A stretch of 64,000 bases of DNA. Origin: Pseudomonadota bacterium. Lineage in GTDB: Bacteria > Myxococcota > JACRCW01 > JAFGSX01. This document shows, piece after piece, positions 61,265-64,000 of this stretch (position 1 is its first letter; every line of letters begins with the position of its first letter). The translations under genes were made by a program, and so were the position numbers. A model generated the notes under the pieces. It did not search any database. It saw nothing but the letters and a program-made list of their open reading frames with translations, and was not told the origin of the DNA. The DNA lies in the NCBI GenBank assembly GCA_043821645.1, contig JBDRCO010000094.1, forward strand, positions 70,769-134,768, written 5' to 3'.

Positions 61265-63871
61265 ATGAATTATCGGACATACGGTACCGGGTTGGTTGTG
61301 TTGGTGGCTCTGGGCTTCGGCGCCTGCGATTGCGGCGGACCGACCGACGAGGATGCAGGTGGCGATGCCTCTGTCCGCTATGACGCGGCGCGCCCTGACG
61401 TGGTCACACTCGACACCACGACCGGTTCCGACTCCACCGTGACCTCGGACGCGACCACGGGTCAGGATACGACCACCACCCAGGACGCCACCACGAGCGA
61501 CGACGCCACCGTGGCGACCGACAGCGCCGTGGCCACCGACAGCGCCGTGGCGACCGACAGCGCCGTGGCGACCGACAGCGCCGTGGCGACCGACAGCGCC
61601 GTGGCCACCGACAGCGCCATGGCGACCGACAGCGCCGTGGCCACCGACAGCGCCGTGGCCACCGACAGCGCCGTGGCCACCGACAGCGCCGTGGCCACCG
61701 ACAGCGCCGTTGCTGATAGCGCCGTGGCCGACACCGCCGTGGCCGACACCGCCGTGGCCGACACTGCCGTGGCCGACACGGCCGTGGCCGACACTGCCGT
61801 GGCCGACAGCGCCGTGGCCGACAGCGCCGTGGCCGACAGCGCCGTGGCCGACAGCGCCGTGGCCGATAGCGCCACCTCCCCGGACGCCGGGGCTGGAGAA
61901 GCCTGCGGAGCGCTGACCGGGATTGGCGAGTGCATGGGTGACCTGCTCCGCTTCTGCGGGAGTTCCAACACGGTTGTCGTCGCCGATTGCACAGAATACT
62001 CAGCGACCTGCGACCTGGTGGATTGCGCCAGCTCCGACTGCTGGGGCTATGACTGCGTGGCTCAGGAAGGCGAAGCCTGCGACGTCTTTCCCTGCGTCTC
62101 CCGGCTCGGGTTCGGCTGCCTCGACGGCCAGTGCGCCACGTCGACAACGTGTGCCGCGGATGATCCCCTGACCTGCGACGCCGACAAGGTGAACTTCTGT
62201 GACCATGGAACGATAAGCAACTTCGACTGCTCCACGGGTGGAGTCGATCCCTACACCTGCGTCGTGCCACCCAACGCCACCACCGCGGCCTGTGTTGGCG
62301 AGGAGGGCGCAGATTGCGGAACGGCGGAGGGCATCGACTATGTATGCGTCGCCGGTCTGGATTGCTTCAACAACACCTGCACCGACCACGGCCTGGCAGC
62401 GGTGCGAGCTGCTGCGAATGGGACGGGGCTCAACCTCCCCGTGGCGAGTGTCTATGTCACCTACCTCAAGCCCCTGGTCGGCAACGACCCCGCGGGCTTC
62501 TTCGTGCAGGCCGTCAACCAGGGCCCCGCGCTGTTTGTGCAGGTCGATCCCGTCGTGGTCCCCAATGTCGTGTCCGTGGGCGATATCGTCAGCTTCACGG
62601 TGACGGATCTGGTCACCACCGACGGAGCGCGCCGAGCGACGGGGATCAGCAACCTGGTCGTCGCGTACACCGGGCAGGATGTGTTCCCGCTGGTGCAGGA
62701 TCTGTCCGCTGCCGCGGACCTGGTCTCGGGCCTCGATGGCTACGAGTCAGAGTTTGCCTGGGTCGAGGGCACGCTCACCGGGCCCTTCGCCTTTGCAGGT
62801 ACCGGTCATAGCGCCGCGGTCTTCGAGACCGCCGGAGTCACTGGGGACAACAACCTTCGTCTGCGCCTCACGGACACGCTGCTTGGTGATCTGGAGACGG
62901 CCTATGGCTTCGGTACGGGCTGCGCCTTCGCAACCCTGGCTCCCCTGTGGCGGTTCAACGCCGTGACCCAGGTGTCGGCGTGGGGGACGGATGACATCAT
63001 CGTGGATTCCTGCCCGGCCCCGCGCGTGGTCTCCGCCAGCGCGACGAGCCCGACCACGGTCGAGGTCACCTTCAGCCGGCCTATCGACGACACCTCCGTG
63101 AATGTGCTCGGTACGCAGTTCACGTTTGACAATGGTCTGACCGCCACCACCGCCACGCTGAGCATCGATCCCACGGTCGTGGTCGTCACCACCTCAGCCC
63201 AGGGCGAGGGTCAGGCCTACGTGGTCAGTGTTGCGGCCACGGTGCTCGACATCCTCAGCGTCGGCGTCGACCAGGGAGCCAACGCGGCGGGCTTCAACGG
63301 ATGGCAGGTCATCACCTGTTCCCCGGCTGTCGTCATCAGCCAGGTCTACGGCGGCGGCGGCAACAGCGGCGCCACCTACACGAACGACTTCATCGAGCTG
63401 TACAACAGGTCTGATGCTGCCCAGAATCTTGCTGGCTGGAGCGTTCAGTACACGAGCGCGACGGGGACAGGGACCTGGCTGAAGACAGACCTCTCCGGGT
63501 CCATTCCGGCCCATGGGTACTTTCTCGTGCAGCAGGCGGCTGGTACTGGTGGAACCACTGCGCTCCCGACACCGGATGTCATCGGCACGATCGCGATGAG
63601 TGGAACGTCAGGCAAGACCGCTCTGGTGGCAAACCAGACTGCACTGAGTGGCGGCTGCCCCCCTGCCACCGACTACATCGACCTGCTCGGAGATGGATCG
63701 ACGGCGAATTGCTTCGAGACGGCGCCCGCAGCAGCGTACAGCAACACCACCGCGGCCATCCGCATCAATGCCGGTTGCACCGATACCAACGACAACAGCG
63801 CCGACTTCGTCATCGCTGCTCCGACGCCACGCAGCAGCGCCTCGCCGACCTCCGCCTGCGTGTGCCAGTGA
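61265..63871 (+). CDS. paralogous lipoprotein: repeat stalk, Cys-rich module, OB-fold-like, Ig-like and lamin tail domains
   Basis: FGAC lipobox; GGAGG RBS; the C-terminal ~490 aa align with 59225-61147; the Cys module aligns with the one in 57337-59106. Confidence 0.88.
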   Translation: MNYRTYGTGLVVLVALGFGACDCGGPTDEDAGGDASVRYDAARPDVVTLDTTTGSDSTVTSDATTGQDTTTTQDATTSDDATVATDSAVATDSAVATDSAVATDSAVATDSAVATDSAMATDSAVATDSAVATDSAVATDSAVATDSAVADSAVADTAVADTAVADTAVADTAVADTAVADSAVADSAVADSAVADSAVADSATSPDAGAGEACGALTGIGECMGDLLRFCGSSNTVVVADCTEYSATCDLVDCASSDCWGYDCVAQEGEACDVFPCVSRLGFGCLDGQCATSTTCAADDPLTCDADKVNFCDHGTISNFDCSTGGVDPYTCVVPPNATTAACVGEEGADCGTAEGIDYVCVAGLDCFNNTCTDHGLAAVRAAANGTGLNLPVASVYVTYLKPLVGNDPAGFFVQAVNQGPALFVQVDPVVVPNVVSVGDIVSFTVTDLVTTDGARRATGISNLVVAYTGQDVFPLVQDLSAAADLVSGLDGYESEFAWVEGTLTGPFAFAGTGHSAAVFETAGVTGDNNLRLRLTDTLLGDLETAYGFGTGCAFATLAPLWRFNAVTQVSAWGTDDIIVDSCPAPRVVSASATSPTTVEVTFSRPIDDTSVNVLGTQFTFDNGLTATTATLSIDPTVVVVTTSAQGEGQAYVVSVAATVLDILSVGVDQGANAAGFNGWQVITCSPAVVISQVYGGGGNSGATYTNDFIELYNRSDAAQNLAGWSVQYTSATGTGTWLKTDLSGSIPAHGYFLVQQAAGTGGTTALPTPDVIGTIAMSGTSGKTALVANQTALSGGCPPATDYIDLLGDGSTANCFETAPAAAYSNTTAAIRINAGCTDTNDNSADFVIAAPTPRSSASPTSACVCQ
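61511..61873 (+). repeat. compound coding tandem repeat: 11 x 18 bp (VATDSA) then 11 x 15 bp (VAD(S/T)A)
   Basis: GTGGCSACCGACAGCGCC at 61511-61708 (one unit starts ATG), then 15-bp units such as GTGGCCGACAGCGCC and GTGGCCGACACCGCC at 61709-61873. Confidence 0.95.
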
Positions 63872-64000
63872 CCAGCATCTGCTGATCTCGCGCCCTTCTC
63901 CTCCGAAATTCCGGCCGTTTTTTTGACCCCGGATCCTCCTTGCCCTACCCTGGGACAAAGGTCGCCACCTGGCGACCACTGGCGCCCGGCGGCGCCACCA

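Noticed and set aside
61511-61873. Possible CRISPR array
   Set aside because: Units are directly tandem with no unique spacers, are in frame within a CDS, and no cas genes are present.

Overview
This is a GC-rich (roughly two-thirds G+C) chromosomal window from a Myxococcota-like deltaproteobacterium. The inference rests on a MYXO-CTERM sorting signal, a Hanks-type Ser/Thr kinase, a DUF4388-type protein, a CglF/GltF-like motif and Cys-rich lipoproteins. It holds about 48 CDS and one tRNA-Leu(GAG). I saw no CRISPR array, rRNA, transposase or prophage. Housekeeping genes are acs, gap-pgk-tpiA-secG-tRNA-Leu, an amiC-like amidase with xerD, and a Kef-type antiporter. The most notable items are: (1) an ECF sigma / zinc anti-sigma with a periplasmic dockerin / secreted stand-alone cohesin-like protein / VIT lipoprotein carrying a CglF-like peptide, possibly a cohesin-dockerin-controlled sigma switch; (2) a seven-gene operon of four orphan solute-binding lipoproteins, a TonB-dependent receptor, YfiR and a chemoreceptor with no ABC permease or ATPase, possibly a trans-envelope chemosensory relay; (3) a full-length pgk with most catalytic motifs substituted, next to a tpiA carrying a single-base frameshift; (4) a porin/histidine kinase/REC-REC/SLC13/REC-CBS cassette with no DNA-binding output; (5) a degenerate PHP-domain membrane protein; (6) three domain-shuffled surface proteins with lamin-tail or OB modules and tandem-repeat stalks. 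All domain calls come from recognising motifs by eye, not from database searches.
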